Source: Phyllobates terribilis
Taxonomy: Eukaryota
Direction: 5' to 3'
Assembly: GCF_046119375.1 (NCBI RefSeq)
Contig: NW_027362767.1
Span: 317,068,001-317,132,000 of the forward strand
DNA length: 64,000 nt
In this document: positions 1 to 11,871 of the stretch, in pieces
Layout: each line of letters starts with the position of its first letter
Position numbering within the stretch: the first letter of the stretch is position 1
Program-made: the position numbers and the translations under genes
Notes under the pieces: model-generated
What the model saw: only the letters and a program-made list of their open reading frames with translations
Told to the model about the DNA's origin: nothing
Databases searched by the model: none

Positions 1-1103
1 CACTTGTCAACGGTTCTAATTTTACCAGGACAATTCAGAAACATATCAGAAACAGTGAGGTTTAGCCAGTCATGCTCAAATGAGGGCGTTTGGGAGGAGC
101 TGACGAGGGCACATTCTGGGGGTATGGCTGTTATGGGCTTAGGCACAAACAGGCAGGTAGTTGCTAACAGAGGCCACTACCTGCATGTTGTTCCCGATGC
201 CGGCACAGAGCAGTCATTGACCACTCTTGCCGGAGATTCAGATGCTCAATGTCAACAGAGCAGCTATTCCTCTTCCAGTCTGTCCTGTCGCTGGGTCGTC
301 TTACTGACTGACTGCCAGCTCTCTGCAGTTAGGCATCTGTGAGCCGGCTGTCAATCAGCATGATGTCAGCAGTCGCGCCCCATCAACGATTCAGAGAAGA
401 AAAGAAGCCGCTGCTCTGTCGACGTGACGTTAGTGTGTGACCGCTCTGTGCCGGCAGAGATTGCCGCAAAGCACAACAAGTAAGTGGTAAGAACCTACCT
501 GGCTGTTAATTGTTATTCCCATAGTAAAAAAAATATAGTCTTGGATAAACTCTTTAAAGGTCCTGGATTTTCCTTTTTCAATTTTGGTAAATGAGGCTTT
601 AGACTGGTGCACTCTTTAGGCCCTAATATCAGGGCTATGCAGCAGATAGTAGGTTTGTTGGAGAAATTTGTGAGTGTGCTTGTTAACAAAACAGTCCCTT
701 CTGTTCTAAAGAACTATGTTTAAGTCTCTGAAATTTCTGAAAGAAATCTGACACATGTTGATATATCCATATTAAAGAAGTTGGCCACAACTTTTTATTA
801 TGCCCCCAATGTATCCTCCTGGGGCACATAAGTATATTTGTAAATACCTTCTGTTGCAGGTTCTGCCTGTGAGCGGCACTATCGGTGGCCGCTCACAGGC
901 ATCACGTGACCTTGCGCTGACGTTACGACAGGTGAGGCGCGACTCAGCGCAGGGGTGCCCGCGGTGGCTGCTGGGTTGTGGGAGGGGGGTTATTCCCCGC
1001 ATCACACCCAGCATCCACCGTGCGCTTTTCCAATGAATGGGGAGAGGCAGAACGCGCGGTGGATGCTGGGTGTGACGCGGGGGTAACTCCGCCCACAGCC
1101 TGG

Positions 1104-1897
1104 TGTTACAGATCCGGGTGGTGGAACCTCTGTGCTGAGATGCAAGGAGGGACCAGAGGGGCGTAACTAAGTGCCAACTCGGACCGACCCTGGCCACACG
1201 GCGGCTTAGTCGACTCCGTGAACCAAGGAGGGACCTGGCAGGTGAACCAGGTGCCACTCTGGGACTGACCTTGTGTGAGAGCAGGCGACTCCCACTGGTC
1301 AGGTGGCTGAGGCTCACAGGTACAGCGGATGAGCACTGCAGGTAGCCAGACGGGTGATCCGTGTAGGCAAGCAGGCGGGCACGGCAGGTAGCCAGACAGG
1401 TGATCCGGGTAGGCAAGCAGGGGGGCACAGCAGGCAACCTGACAGGTGATCAGGGTAGGCAAGCTGGAGGGCACGGCAGGTAGACAGGCTGGCGGGCACG
1501 GCTGATAGATAGGCAGGCGGGCACGGCTGATAGACAGGCTGGCAGGCATGGCTGATAGACAGGCTGGCAGGCACGGCTGATAGACAGGCAGGTGGGCACT
1601 GGAACCTGAGGGCTGAGGAGAGTGTTAGCACACAAACAACAACCTTGCACAGGCACCTCCATTTTGGAGCAGGTGCTTTAAATAGGAGTGGTCCTCCGGC
1701 CATTGGCCGAGGACTCTTTAGGACAACGTGCGCAGCCCCTTTAAGAGGGAGGGAACGCGCACCCTAAGCACAGTGCCCGGGAAGCTGCACGCGATGCGCG
1801 CAACAACAGCAGAGGAGCTGGAGGACGCCGGACCGGGACCACGGCGGTAAGGGGGACGTGTCTCTGCCCTGCAGGAGGCAGAGACGCCGAAACTACA
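1104..1897 (-). repeat. 3' LTR of element A (794 bp)
   Basis: Direct repeat of 7847-8541; longer because of extra ~24-bp tandem units near 1495-1595; about 9 differences in the first ~200 aligned bases. Confidence 0.93.
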
Positions 1898-4800
1898 GTA
1901 CCCCCCCTTTATGCCTCCTCTTCTTTAGGCCAGCAAGAAATTTTTCTAGAAGACGAGGGGCATGAATGTTCTCCCTGGGCTCCCAAGACCTCTCCTCAGG
2001 ACCAAACCCCTTCCAATCCATAAGAAAGAAAGTCTTTCCTCTTACCCTCTTGATGGCCAAAATGTTTTCTGCCTCAAAGACGTCCTCAGCGGAGACTGGA
2101 GCTGGAGTGGTACCTGGATCGTCAGAGAAAGAGTTAAGGACAACCGGTTTGAGGAGAGACACGTGAAAGGAGTTGGAGATCCGTAAGGAGGCCAGGAGTT
2201 TCAGCTTGTAAGCCACTGGATTTATTTGGTTCAGAATCTCGAACGGACCGATGAACCGTGGACCCAATTTGTATGATGGTATCTTGAGACGGACATATTT
2301 GGAGGAAAGCCAGACCTTGTCTCCCAGACGGAATAGAGGTGGATCCAGACCTCTCTTATCAGCATGCTTCTTCATCCACTCGGAGGACTGAAGAAGCTCA
2401 ATTCTAGTGTCTTCCCAAATCGCAGAAAATTCACTGACGAGAGACTCCGTGGCAGGATTGTCCACTGAAGAGGAGACGGGAAACGGAATTCGGGTGTGTC
2501 GACCGTAGACCACAAAAAACGGAGACTTAGCAGAAGACTCACTCACATGGTTGTTATAGGAAAACTCGGCCCAGGGCAGGAGCTCAACCCAATCGCTATG
2601 GTGAGCGTTGCCAAAGTGCCGAAGAAAACTGGTGAGGATCTGATTGATACGTTCCACTTGACCATTGGACTGAGGATGATAGGCCGAAGAAAAATCCAAA
2701 GAGACATCCAGCAGCTTGCACGTGGCTCTCCAGAAGCGAGAAGTGAACTGAACTCCTCGGTAGGAGATAATGTGGAGGGGCAAGCCGTGGAGACAGAAGA
2801 TGTGACGGATGAAGTCCTTAGCCAGCACAGGTGCAGACGGAAGACCAGGCAGAGGGATGAAGTGAGCCATCTTGGAGAAGCGGTCGGCGACCACCCAAAT
2901 GACAGTACAACCGGCCGATACAGGAAGATCCGTGATGAAATCCATTGCAATATGTTGCCACGGAGCGGAAGGCACAGGAAGAGGAAAGAGACGACCGGCT
3001 GGAAGGTGCCTAGGTATCTTGTTACGCGCACAAGAGGAACAAGCCGCGACAAAATCCACAACATCCTTGCGCAGGGTGGGCCACCAATAATGCCGGGCAA
3101 TGAGCAGAAGCATCTTCCTCTGGCCGGCATGGTCTGCCAGTTTGGACGAATGGCCCCAGAGTAAGACCCTCTTTCGATCCTGGGCCACTACAAAGGTCTT
3201 ACTAGGTGGTAGATGAAACAGGCCTAATGGAAACACAGTCATAATTCTGGAGGGGTCAATGATGTGTAGAGGCTCCTCCTCTAGGTCGGAAGACAGAAAA
3301 GAGCGGGCTAGAGCGTCGGCTTTAATGTTCTTGTCTGCCGGGCAGTAATGGAGAGTGAAGCAGAATCGAGCAAAGAACAAAGACCATCTGGCCTGACGCG
3401 GGTTTAGTCTTTGGGCGGTCTGCAAATAAGCGAGGTTTTTATGGTCAGTGTAGATGACCACCGGGTGCAAACCCACCTCAAGCAAGTAGCGCCACTCCTC
3501 CAGCGCTAATTTGATTGCCAGCAGTTCTCGATCACCTATGGAGTAATTGCGCTCGGATGGAGAGAAGAGCTTGGAAAACAAGACGCATGTCATCATTCGT
3601 CTGGACGAGGATTTCTGGGTAAGCACTGCTCTGGTGGAAGAGGCATCAACCTCCAGGAAGAACTGTTTATTGCAATCCAGACAGAGTAGCACAGACGCGG
3701 AGAAGAAGGCTTGTTTAAGAGAGATAAAGGCATTCTCTCCCTCGAAAAACCACTCCCTGGGATTTGTTCCCTTATGGGTAAGAGCTGAGATGGGAGCTGC
3801 ACGGGAGGAGAAATGACAAATGAAGAGGCAGTAATAGTTAGCGTATCCCAGAAACCGCTGAATAACCTTCAAGCCCTCCAGTCGGGGCCACTTTAAGATG
3901 GCAGACACCTTCTCGGGATCCATCCGCAGTCCGGTCTCAGAGATGATATACCCCAGAAACGGCAGGGAGGTCTGCTCAAAGAGGCATTTCTCGAACTTAG
4001 CATATCGTCCAGGTACACCACCACGCAGGAATACAAGAGATCTCGAAAGATATCATTTACTAACTCCTGGAAGAAGACTGGAGCATCACAGAGGAGAGAA
4101 GAGCATCACGCGGTACTCGTAGTGACCATCCCGAGTGTTGAATGCCATCTTCCACTCGTCTCCCTGGCGAATCCGGACCAGATTGTACACCCCACCCAGG
4201 TCGAGCTTAGTGAAGATCTTTGCGCCTTTACAGCTCCGAGATGAGAGGCAGGGGGTACTTATTCTTGATGGTAATCTGGTTTAAGTCCCTATAGTCGATA
4301 CAAGGACGAAGAGAGCCGTCTTTCTTTTTGACGAAGAAGAATCCTGCTCCAGCCGGAGAGGTGGATTACTGGATAAATCCCCTAGCAAGATTTTCTTCAA
4401 TGTATACAGACATGGCACGGGTCTCGGCCAGCGACATGGGGTAGATTCGCCCGCGAGGAGGTGAAGCACTGGGTATTAGGTCGATGGGGCAATCATACGG
4501 CCTATGAGGTCGTAGTGTTTCTGCCTCCTTTTTATCAAAGAAGTCCGCATAGGACCAGTAGGGTGCTGGCAGGCCAGGTAGGTTAGCCGGAGTAGACGGA
4601 GGTCGAGCAGGACGAACCAGAACCAGACAGGTCTTATGGCATTCCTGACCCCAACGGAGCACCTCACCTGAGCTCCAAATCAGGACGGGCTCATGTCTCT
4701 GTAACCAAGGCAGGCCAAGCAAGAGGGGATGAGAGAGACCGGACAGTACGTAAAAGGAGTTCTTCTCCGAGTGCAGCATTTCCACCTGAAGAGTTACCGG

Positions 4801-5064
4801 CTCAGTGACCAACAAGAGAGTTTCAGGGAGAAGCTTTCCATCCAAAGAGGAAACTGCTAAAGGATCCACCAGACATATGGTAGAAATCTGAAAACGCCCC
4901 ACAACGGCCTGTTGGATGAGATTCCCACCGGCTCCGGAATCCAGATGGGCAGTCTCGAAGAAGCGGGACTCACCACTGGTAACCGAAACGGACAGAGTCA
5001 AGGGCGGAGAGGAAGAACTCTTGCCTAGGATGACCTCTCCCAGCGGTCCTAGACACTGGAGTTT
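1893..5064 (-). pseudogene. pol of element A. RNase H-integrase-chromodomain part open (1893-3923); RT broken by a stop, frameshifts and a deletion
   Basis: ORF 1893..3923 has FFLEVDAS, HHCC, MDFITDL, GQVERINQ, GPRFIGP and a chromodomain (FLMDWKGFGPEERSWEP). ORF 4366..5151 has protease LDSGAGGN and ends at GFIQ*. Confidence 0.92.
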
Positions 5065-5608
5065 CCCGGTCTCACCGGGCAAGAGCAAATCTGATGCTCT
5101 ACATTGCCACAATAGAAGCAGCTTCCCTCGGCACGAAGGGTCTCCTGGCAAGACTTGACCTTCTTAACCTGATCAATTTGCATAGGCTCTGGAGAAGACA
5201 CCCGGGGAAGTGCAGGTTGCGAGACTGGACTTTGGAGGACGGGAGCGAGGCGCAGAGGTTTCCTCTCACGGGTCATCTCCTTAGCGCGTTCCAGAAAATG
5301 GATGTCAATCTGGGTAGCTAATGACACCAGGTCGTCCAGGGAGGGAGGTATGTCACAAACGGCTAGCTCATCCTTGATCCGTCCGTAATGGCCCTCCCAA
5401 AAGGTGGACACCAGGGCCTCATTGTTCCAGTCAAGTTCAGATGCGAGGGTTCGGAAACGCACGGCATACTGGCCCACAGAGAGACTCCCTTGGCGGAGTC
5501 GGAGAAGTGAGGAGGCAGTAGAAGATTTTCGTCCGGGCTCATTGAACACCTTCTGGAAAGCCGCTAGGAAAGCGGGTTAAGCCACGCCAATGCCTCTCCA
5601 GTAAGGTG
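5049..5608 (-). pseudogene. gag of element A, 3' fragment (zinc knuckle)
   Basis: FNEPGRKSSTASSLLRLRQG...CFYCGNVEHQICSC (CX2CX4HX4C); collinear with gag of element B. Confidence 0.9.
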
Positions 5609-6033
5609 TGTAACATACCTGGCGGCGTCCTTGCATGGTGGTCCATCTCCCACTGTGCAAGAGCGCGCACTTGATCTCCTGTCCAGAATGTCTCTCTGGC
5701 TTCCCTCCTTGCTGTCTGTTTGTCTGTTTTGGCTGCATAGGGCGACGCCCGCTGAACTTCCTGTTTCTTGTACCTGCTGCGGACACGCCCCTGTTGCACC
5801 TTCAGCCTATTGCTGTCCATCTTTGGGTATTTATACCACCTTCTTCCTCAAGATGGCGCCTGAGCATTGTTTCTTGTCAGTTGGCTTTTTGTCTCTGACA
5901 TGCCAGGTCCTATCCTGTTTTCCTGCCTGTTTTCCTGCCTGTTTTCCAGTTCTGTGTCTGAACTGTGGTCTGTTCTTGTGAACACGCTTCTTGCCTGTTC
6001 TTTCGCCTTCTAGGGGCCGTATTCCTAGATCTG

Positions 6034-6350
6034 CCTGTCTGTGCCTTGCGGTATCTGTTCCCGTCTGAACAGAGTCCTGTTTGTGTCTCTGCCTTTCGGT
6101 ATCTGTTCCCGTCTGAACAGAGTCCTGTTTGTGTCTCTGCCTTGCGGTATCTGTTCCCGTCTGAACAGAGTCCTGTTTGTGTCCCTGCCTTGCGGTATCT
6201 GTTCCCGTCTGAACAGAGTCCTGTTTGTGTCCCTGCCTTGTGGTATCTGTTCCCGTCTGAACAGAGTCCTGTTTGTGTTCCTGCCTTGCGGTATCTGTTC
6301 CCGTCTGAACAGAGTCCTGTTTGTGTTCCTGCCTTGCTGTCTCTGTTCCC
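6034..6350. repeat. 48-bp tandem repeat x6 inside the solo LTR
   Basis: Unit tgccttgcggtatctgttcccgtctgaacagagtcctgtttgtgtc(t/c)c; 16-aa periodicity in the ORF track. Confidence 0.9.
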
Positions 6351-6589
6351 GTTCCTCTGTTCCCTGTTGTCTGTGCCTCGTTTCTACTTTAACCTTGTCT
6401 CCCTTTTCCCTCTATGTCTGTTTTCTGCGTCTTTCTGCAGAGTCTGAACTCGCTCCTAAATTCCTTCTCGTCGTCTCTGTACCTCTGTTGTGAATTTAGT
6501 GTACGCTCGCTACTTCTATGTAAGTACTGTGCGTGCTTCTGGTTCTGCCTTTCCTTCTCCGTCTGTTCTTTGTGAACAGAGTCCTATCC

Positions 6590-6900
6590 CCTTGCCTTGT
6601 TTACCGCTCTGCGGTGTCCGCTCTGCTCCTGCTTAGCTTGCCGCTCTTGCGGTTTCTGCTCTGCTCCTGCCTTGTTTACCGCTCTGCGGTGTCCGCTCTG
6701 CTCCTGCTTAGCTTGCCGCTCTTGCGGTTTCTGCTCTGCTCCTGCCTTGTTTACCGCTCTGCGGTGTCCACTCTGCTCCTGCTTAGCTTGCCGCTCTTGC
6801 GGTTTCTGCTCTGCTCCTGCCTTGTTTACCGCTCTGCGGTGTCCGCTCTGCTCCTGCTTAGCTTGCCACTCTTGCGGTTTTCACTCTGCTCTTGCCTTGC
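6590..6900. repeat. 75-bp tandem repeat x4 inside the solo LTR
   Basis: ttaccgctct recurs at 6601 and 6676 with 75-bp spacing; 25-aa periodicity in the ORF track. Confidence 0.9.
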
Positions 6901-7486
6901 TTGCCGCTCCTGCGGTTTCTGCTCTGCTCTTATCTTGCTTACTGCTTCTGCGGTTTCCGCCCTGCCCTGCTTCTGCCCGCTGCTCCGGCAGTCCTGTCCT
7001 GCCCTGCTTGTGCTCGCTGCTCCTGCTTCCCCGTCCTGCTCTGTTCTTGCCCACCGCTTCGGGCATTCCCTCTCTGCTGTGGTTGTCTACCGCATCTGCG
7101 GTTCTGTGACCCAGTCTGTACTGGGTCTTAACCTCTCTGTGCTCCAGCCCGTCCTTTCGGCCAGTACCTCCCTGCCTGCATACTTGCCTGTATCCACCCA
7201 TCTGCATACCTGCCGTGTTTGCTTACATCCACCAGTCTGTGCCAGCCTAACCTGCCTGTTCCAGTAATCCCAGCATGGGTCAACCCCCGTGTCCGGAGTT
7301 TGACCTGGAGTAGCACCTGGTCCCTCTGCCCAGTTTCTCCCTGGTGCACTGGCGTCGTATGCCGTCGTGCCACCTTGGTCGGATCGGCCAGATACTTAGT
7401 CACGCCCCTCCAGGCACTCTCCGGTCCATGGTCCAGTGGAACCACAACACCCGCACACGCCAGTCAGTCCGGGCGTGTGCATAACA

Positions 7487-7833
7487 AGGTGAGACATGAT
7501 GAATGCCACCTTAGCCCAGTCGGACGTGAACTGGTGTGCCAGGAGTTCAAAGTGCAGCGTGCACTGATTTATGAAGCCCCGACATAGGACAGGGTCACCA
7601 CCAAAACATGGAGGCGTAGAAAACCGGGGTCCAAAGCCGGTGCCACTGAATTGAGGTGCCACCGGAGCGGTTGCCGCTCGGTTAGAGGCGGACACAGTCG
7701 GGGTGGACAGCGCGTCCAAGCGGGAGTTGACTGTCCGCAGATAAGACAGGATAGTATCCTGTTGGGATCTCTGGCGAGAGACCTCTTGGTACAGGTCTGA
7801 GAGCGAAGGAGCCTGGGAGCCACCGGGTTCCAT
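7487..7833 (-). pseudogene. gag of element A, 5' fragment
   Basis: MEPGGSQAPSLSDL...RGFINQCTLHFELL...KVAFIMSHL, cut exactly at the solo-LTR TSD. Confidence 0.9.
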
Positions 7834-7846
7834 GGCCTGTGCAAAC

Positions 7847-8541
7847 TGTTACGGATCCGGGTGGTGGAACCTCTGTGCTGAGATGCAAGAAGGGACCAGA
7901 GGTGCGTAACTAAGTGCCAACTCGGACTGACCCTGGCCACACGACGGCTTAGTCGACTCCGTGAACCAAGGAGGGACCTGGCAGGTGAACCAGGTGCCAC
8001 TCTGGGACTGACCTTCTGTGAGAGCAGGTGACTCCCACGGGTCAGGTGGCAGAGCCTGACAGGTACAGCGGATGAGTACGGCAGGTAGCCTGACAGGTGA
8101 TCCAGGTAGGTAAGTAGGCGGGCACAGCAGGTAACATGACAGGTGATCCGGGTAGGCAAGCTGGTGGGCACGACAGGTAGACAGGCTGGCGGGCGCGGCT
8201 GATAGGCAGGCGGGCACGGCTGATAGACTGGCGGGCACTGGAACCTGAGGGCTGAGGAGAGTGTTAGCACACAAACAACAACCTTGAACAGGCACCTCCA
8301 TTTTGGAGGAGGTGCTTTAAATAGGAGTGGTCCTCCGGCCATTGGCCGGGGACTCTTTAGGACGACGTGCGCGGCCCCTTTAAGAGGGAGGGAGCGCGCG
8401 CGCGCCCTAAGCACAGTACCTGGGAAGCTGCGCGCGGTGCGCGCAACAGCAGCAGGGGACCTGGAGGACGCCAGACCGGGACCGCGGCAGTGAGGGGTTC
8501 GGCGTCTCTGCCCAGCAGGAGGTAGAGACGCCAACACTACA
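7847..8541 (-). repeat. 5' LTR of element A (695 bp)
   Basis: Direct repeat of 1104-1897; CCAAT and TATTTAA boxes on the minus strand; followed by the PBS and gag ATG. Confidence 0.93.
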
Positions 8542-8916
8542 CCTGGCATCACCTGGAATGCAGAAAAGGGACCCTCGGCTGCAGCCTGGACTTGTCGTGA
8601 CGTCAGCGGATGTCAGAGCCGGCTGCAGCAGGGGGTCACGTGATGCCTGTGAGCGGCCAGCGTGGCGCTGCTCACAGGCAGAACCTGCAACAGAATGCAA
8701 TTACAAAGACACGTATGGGCCCAGGGGGGATACATTGGGGAGGGGATAATAAGTAGTGGACCACCCCTTTAAAGTTGCGTTTCTTATCCACTCCTCCCTA
8801 GTTTACTGGTACAGTGAAGGATTTTTGTTTTCTTTTTACACTTTTTTTTTTCTTAATTTATTTTTGGACTTTTTACTTATTCCCACAGTGAGACATGAAT
8901 ATTTATCAGTTTGAAT

Positions 8917-9686
8917 TGTAAGGCAGCGCTCGTCATCATACTGGGGGGTACTCGCTGCATCAGGTCAATTAAAGCACACCAGCCACGTTTTTCCAGTTTT
9001 CACATTCCAGCAGTTTATTATACAACATAACTGCTATAACCGAGTCCAACTCAGTGGCTCGCCGACATATTACATACAATGTCCAGGAGCCTTTCAAGTG
9101 GCAGACAGGCCCACTTGGCTCCAGTTACAGCCCCCAGCAAAGTCACTTATACAAATGTCCACATCAAGCAGTGTTTTACCTTTGCCGGGTTTTAGCTTGT
9201 TCAGACTTGTTCTGCCACCACTGTGGCTTTACGGCTTCCCAGATGGGGGGTCTCCAGCCCTCGTTCCCTCAAAGGCTACTGGTATGTGGTCTCACCTCAC
9301 ATCCAGCCTTTACCTTCCAGAACTCTTGCCTTCCAAGCCTCTGGCCCTCCAAGGCTACTGGGATCGCTTACACCTAAGGATCCAGCCTCAGCCTTTCAGG
9401 CTCCACCAGGCTTCAATAGGCCTCACTAGGCCTCACACTCTAGCAGTGTCCCACATGGGAACAGGCCTCACGCCTTACACACCCTGTCTCACAACTACCA
9501 GGGTTTTTACATCTTCCAACGCACACAGGACCTGTGCTGATGTCACAGTCATGTGATCAGACATTCTGTGTGCACAGGACCTGTGCTATGTCACAGTCAT
9601 GTGACCAGTGACCTGAGGGGGAGGTACATGGTCAGCCAAAACACATCCTGGACCATTACTGTAATGCCACAAGCCGCTGCATTACA
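8917..9686 (-). mobile_element. Solo LTR (770 bp) of an unrelated LTR family
   Basis: TGTAA...TTACA termini; 4-bp TSD GAAT (8913-8916, 9687-9690); AATAAA on the minus strand near 9015; no ORF. Confidence 0.75.
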
Positions 9687-10008
9687 GAATCTTGGTGGCT
9701 TGTACTGTCGTGCATGAGTCCTGTCAGTCTTTCAATGACATACCCTGTTAAATCCTGCTCAGGGTTTGACAGTCCATTATACCCTGAGTCATTACAAGAC
9801 CTCAGGTTACGATAGCAAATATTGTCATCCGCAATAGATGCCGAATCCACGATAGACAGACGCATCTAAGGGGTTAATCAGCCCAATCAGTTCCAAAATC
9901 CATTAGGACCGATGCTGCAGAGTGTCAGTCGACATCTCTGTCGGGTAGCGCTGTACACCTTTCCCTCAGCACTGTGATAAAGTAGCACTGAGGAATAAGG
10001 CCGCTTAA

Positions 10009-10488
10009 ATGGAATCTGTCACCCCCTGGCACTCCTCTGACCTCTAATATGGGCATACAGGTGATAGAAATGTGAATCTATACCTACCTGTATGCCTCAT
10101 ATTAGAGGTTTTGTTGCTGTGAAATATCTTTTCATTCCTACAAGTTTCTGATGCTTGCAGGTGACTGGAGGAAATTCCCACCTCCTGTGTGAATTACGTT
10201 TCCCCCCTCCCCTGTATGTCACAGTGCCTGGATTTAGCTGTTGCAACTGCACATCACAGGACACTGTGACATAGAGGGGAGGGGGGAAACATTGTAATTA
10301 CCGCAGGAGGTGGGGATTTCTTCCCATCCCCGGGACTGGAACACATCAGAAACTTGTAGAAATAAAAAGACATTTCACAGCAACAAGACCTCTAATATGA
10401 GGCATACAGGTAGGTATAGATTCACATTTCTATCACCTGTATGCCCATATTAGAGGTCAGATAAGTCCCATGGGGTGACAGACTCCCT
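10009..10488. mobile_element. TTAA-flanked palindromic MITE (T2/Kolobok-like)
   Basis: TTAA on both sides; long inverted arms; same family at 50166-50715. Confidence 0.85.
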
Positions 10489-10565
10489 TTAATGACCACT
10501 GTGAAAAAGGCGTATCAGCTCCATTAAGGGGTCAATGTTTTACTTCCAAGGTATAAAACAATGTA

Positions 10566-11871
10566 CAGGTGCTTCTCACAAAATTAGAATATCATCAAAA
10601 AGTTAATTTATTTCAGTTCTTCAATACAAAAAGTGAAACTCATATTATATAGAGTCATTACAAACAGAGTGATCTATTTCAAGTGTTTATTTCTGTTAAT
10701 GTTGATGATTATGGGTTACAGCCAATGAAAACACAAAAGTCATTATCTCAGTAAATTAGAATAATTAACAAAAAGCACCTGCAAAGGCTTCCATAAGCGC
10801 TTAATAAGGTCCCTTAGTCTGTTTCAGTAGGCTCCACAATCATGGGGAAGACTGCTGACTTGACAGATGTCCAGAAGGCAGCCATTGACACACTCCACAA
10901 GGAGGGTAAGTCATTAAAGGTCATTGCTAAAGAAGCTGGCTGTTCACAGAGTGCTGTATCCAAGCATATTAATGGTAAGTTGAGTGCAAGGAAAAAGTGT
11001 GGTAGAAAAAGGTGCACAAGCAACCGGGATAACTGCAGCCTTGAAAGGATTGTTAAGAAAAGGCCATTCAAAAATTTGGGGAAGATTCACAAGGAGTGGA
11101 CTGCTGCTGGAGTCATTGCTTCAAGAGCCACCACACATAGACTTATCCAGGGCTTCAAGTGTCACATTTCTTGTGTCAAGCCACTCATGACCAATAGACG
11201 ACGCCAGAAGTGTCTTACTTGGGCCAAGAAGAAAAAGATCTGGACTGTTGCTCAGAGGTCCAAGGTGCTGTGTTCTGAGATGAAAGTAAATTTTGCATTT
11301 AATTTGGAAATCAAGGTCCCAGAGTCTGGAGGAAGAGTGGAGAGGCCACAATCCAAGCTGCTTGAGGTCTAGTATGACGTTTCCACAATCAGTGATGGTT
11401 TGGGAAGCCATGTCATCTGCTGGTGTAGGTCCACTGTGTTCCATCAAGACCAAAGTCAGCGAAGCCGTCTACCAGAAAATTTTAGAACACTTCATGCTTC
11501 CCATAACACCTCAGCAGTGCCACAGGCTGATCGCCTCCATGCCATGCCGCATTGATGCAGTAATTGATGCAAAAGGAGCCCCGACCAAGTATTGAGGGCA
11601 TTTACTGAACATACATCTCAGTAGGCCACATTTCGGATTTTAAAAACATTTTTCAAGCTTTTGTTATAAAGTATTCTAATTTACTGAGATAATGACTTTT
11701 GTGTTTTCATTGTCTGTAAGCTATAATCATCAACATTAACAGAAATAAACACTTGAAATAGATCACTCTGTTTGTAATGACTTTATATAATATATGAGTT
11801 TCACTTTTTGTACTGAAGAACTGAAATAAATTAACTTTTTGATGATATTCTAATTTTGTTAGAAGCAACTG
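10566..11871 (+). mobile_element. Tc1/mariner transposon, internally deleted
   Basis: TA TSD; ~200+ bp TIRs starting CAGGTG; transposase remnant MGKTADLT...(HTH)...VMVWEAMSSAG...KGAPTKY* lacking the second D/E region. Confidence 0.92.

Larger units (their letters stand above)
5609..7486 (+). mobile_element. Solo LTR (1878 bp) of a third related Gypsy family, inserted antisense into gag of A
   Basis: TGTAAC...ATAACA termini; 5-bp TSD AGGTG (5604-5608, 7487-7491); TATA at 5828; 3' part resembles U5 of A (gagtagcacctggt, cttagtcacgcccctc); no coding sequence. Confidence 0.85.
1104..8541 (-). mobile_element. Ty3/Gypsy chromovirus LTR retrotransposon, copy A (decayed, nested insertion in gag)
   Basis: TG..CA termini; 5-bp TSD CCTGG (1099-1103, 8542-8546); two LTRs; polypurine tract next to 1897; gag, protease, RT, RNase H, integrase and chromodomain remnants on the minus strand. 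Confidence 0.95.
776..8768. mobile_element. Palindromic TTAA-flanked MITE (T2/Kolobok-like, ~550 bp when empty) split by LTR element A
   Basis: TTAA at 772-775 and 8769-8772. Arm ~776-911 is the reverse complement of ~8635-8768 (shared ctgttgcaggttctgcctgtgagc...gctcacaggcatcacgtgacc). Confidence 0.75.

Noticed and set aside
4-770. Short ORFs and possible splice donors at the window start
   Set aside because: No recognisable domain, in-frame stops, and no consistent exon structure.
2496-3164. 222-aa ORF antisense to integrase A, and similar ORFs opposite pol B
   Set aside because: Shadow frames of GC-rich coding sequence; not kept at equivalent length in B.
5965-7267. Long Leu/Cys/Pro-rich ORFs that could suggest an env or accessory gene
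   Set aside because: They are read-throughs of 48-bp and 75-bp tandem repeats in a solo LTR, open in several frames and starting at non-ATG codons.
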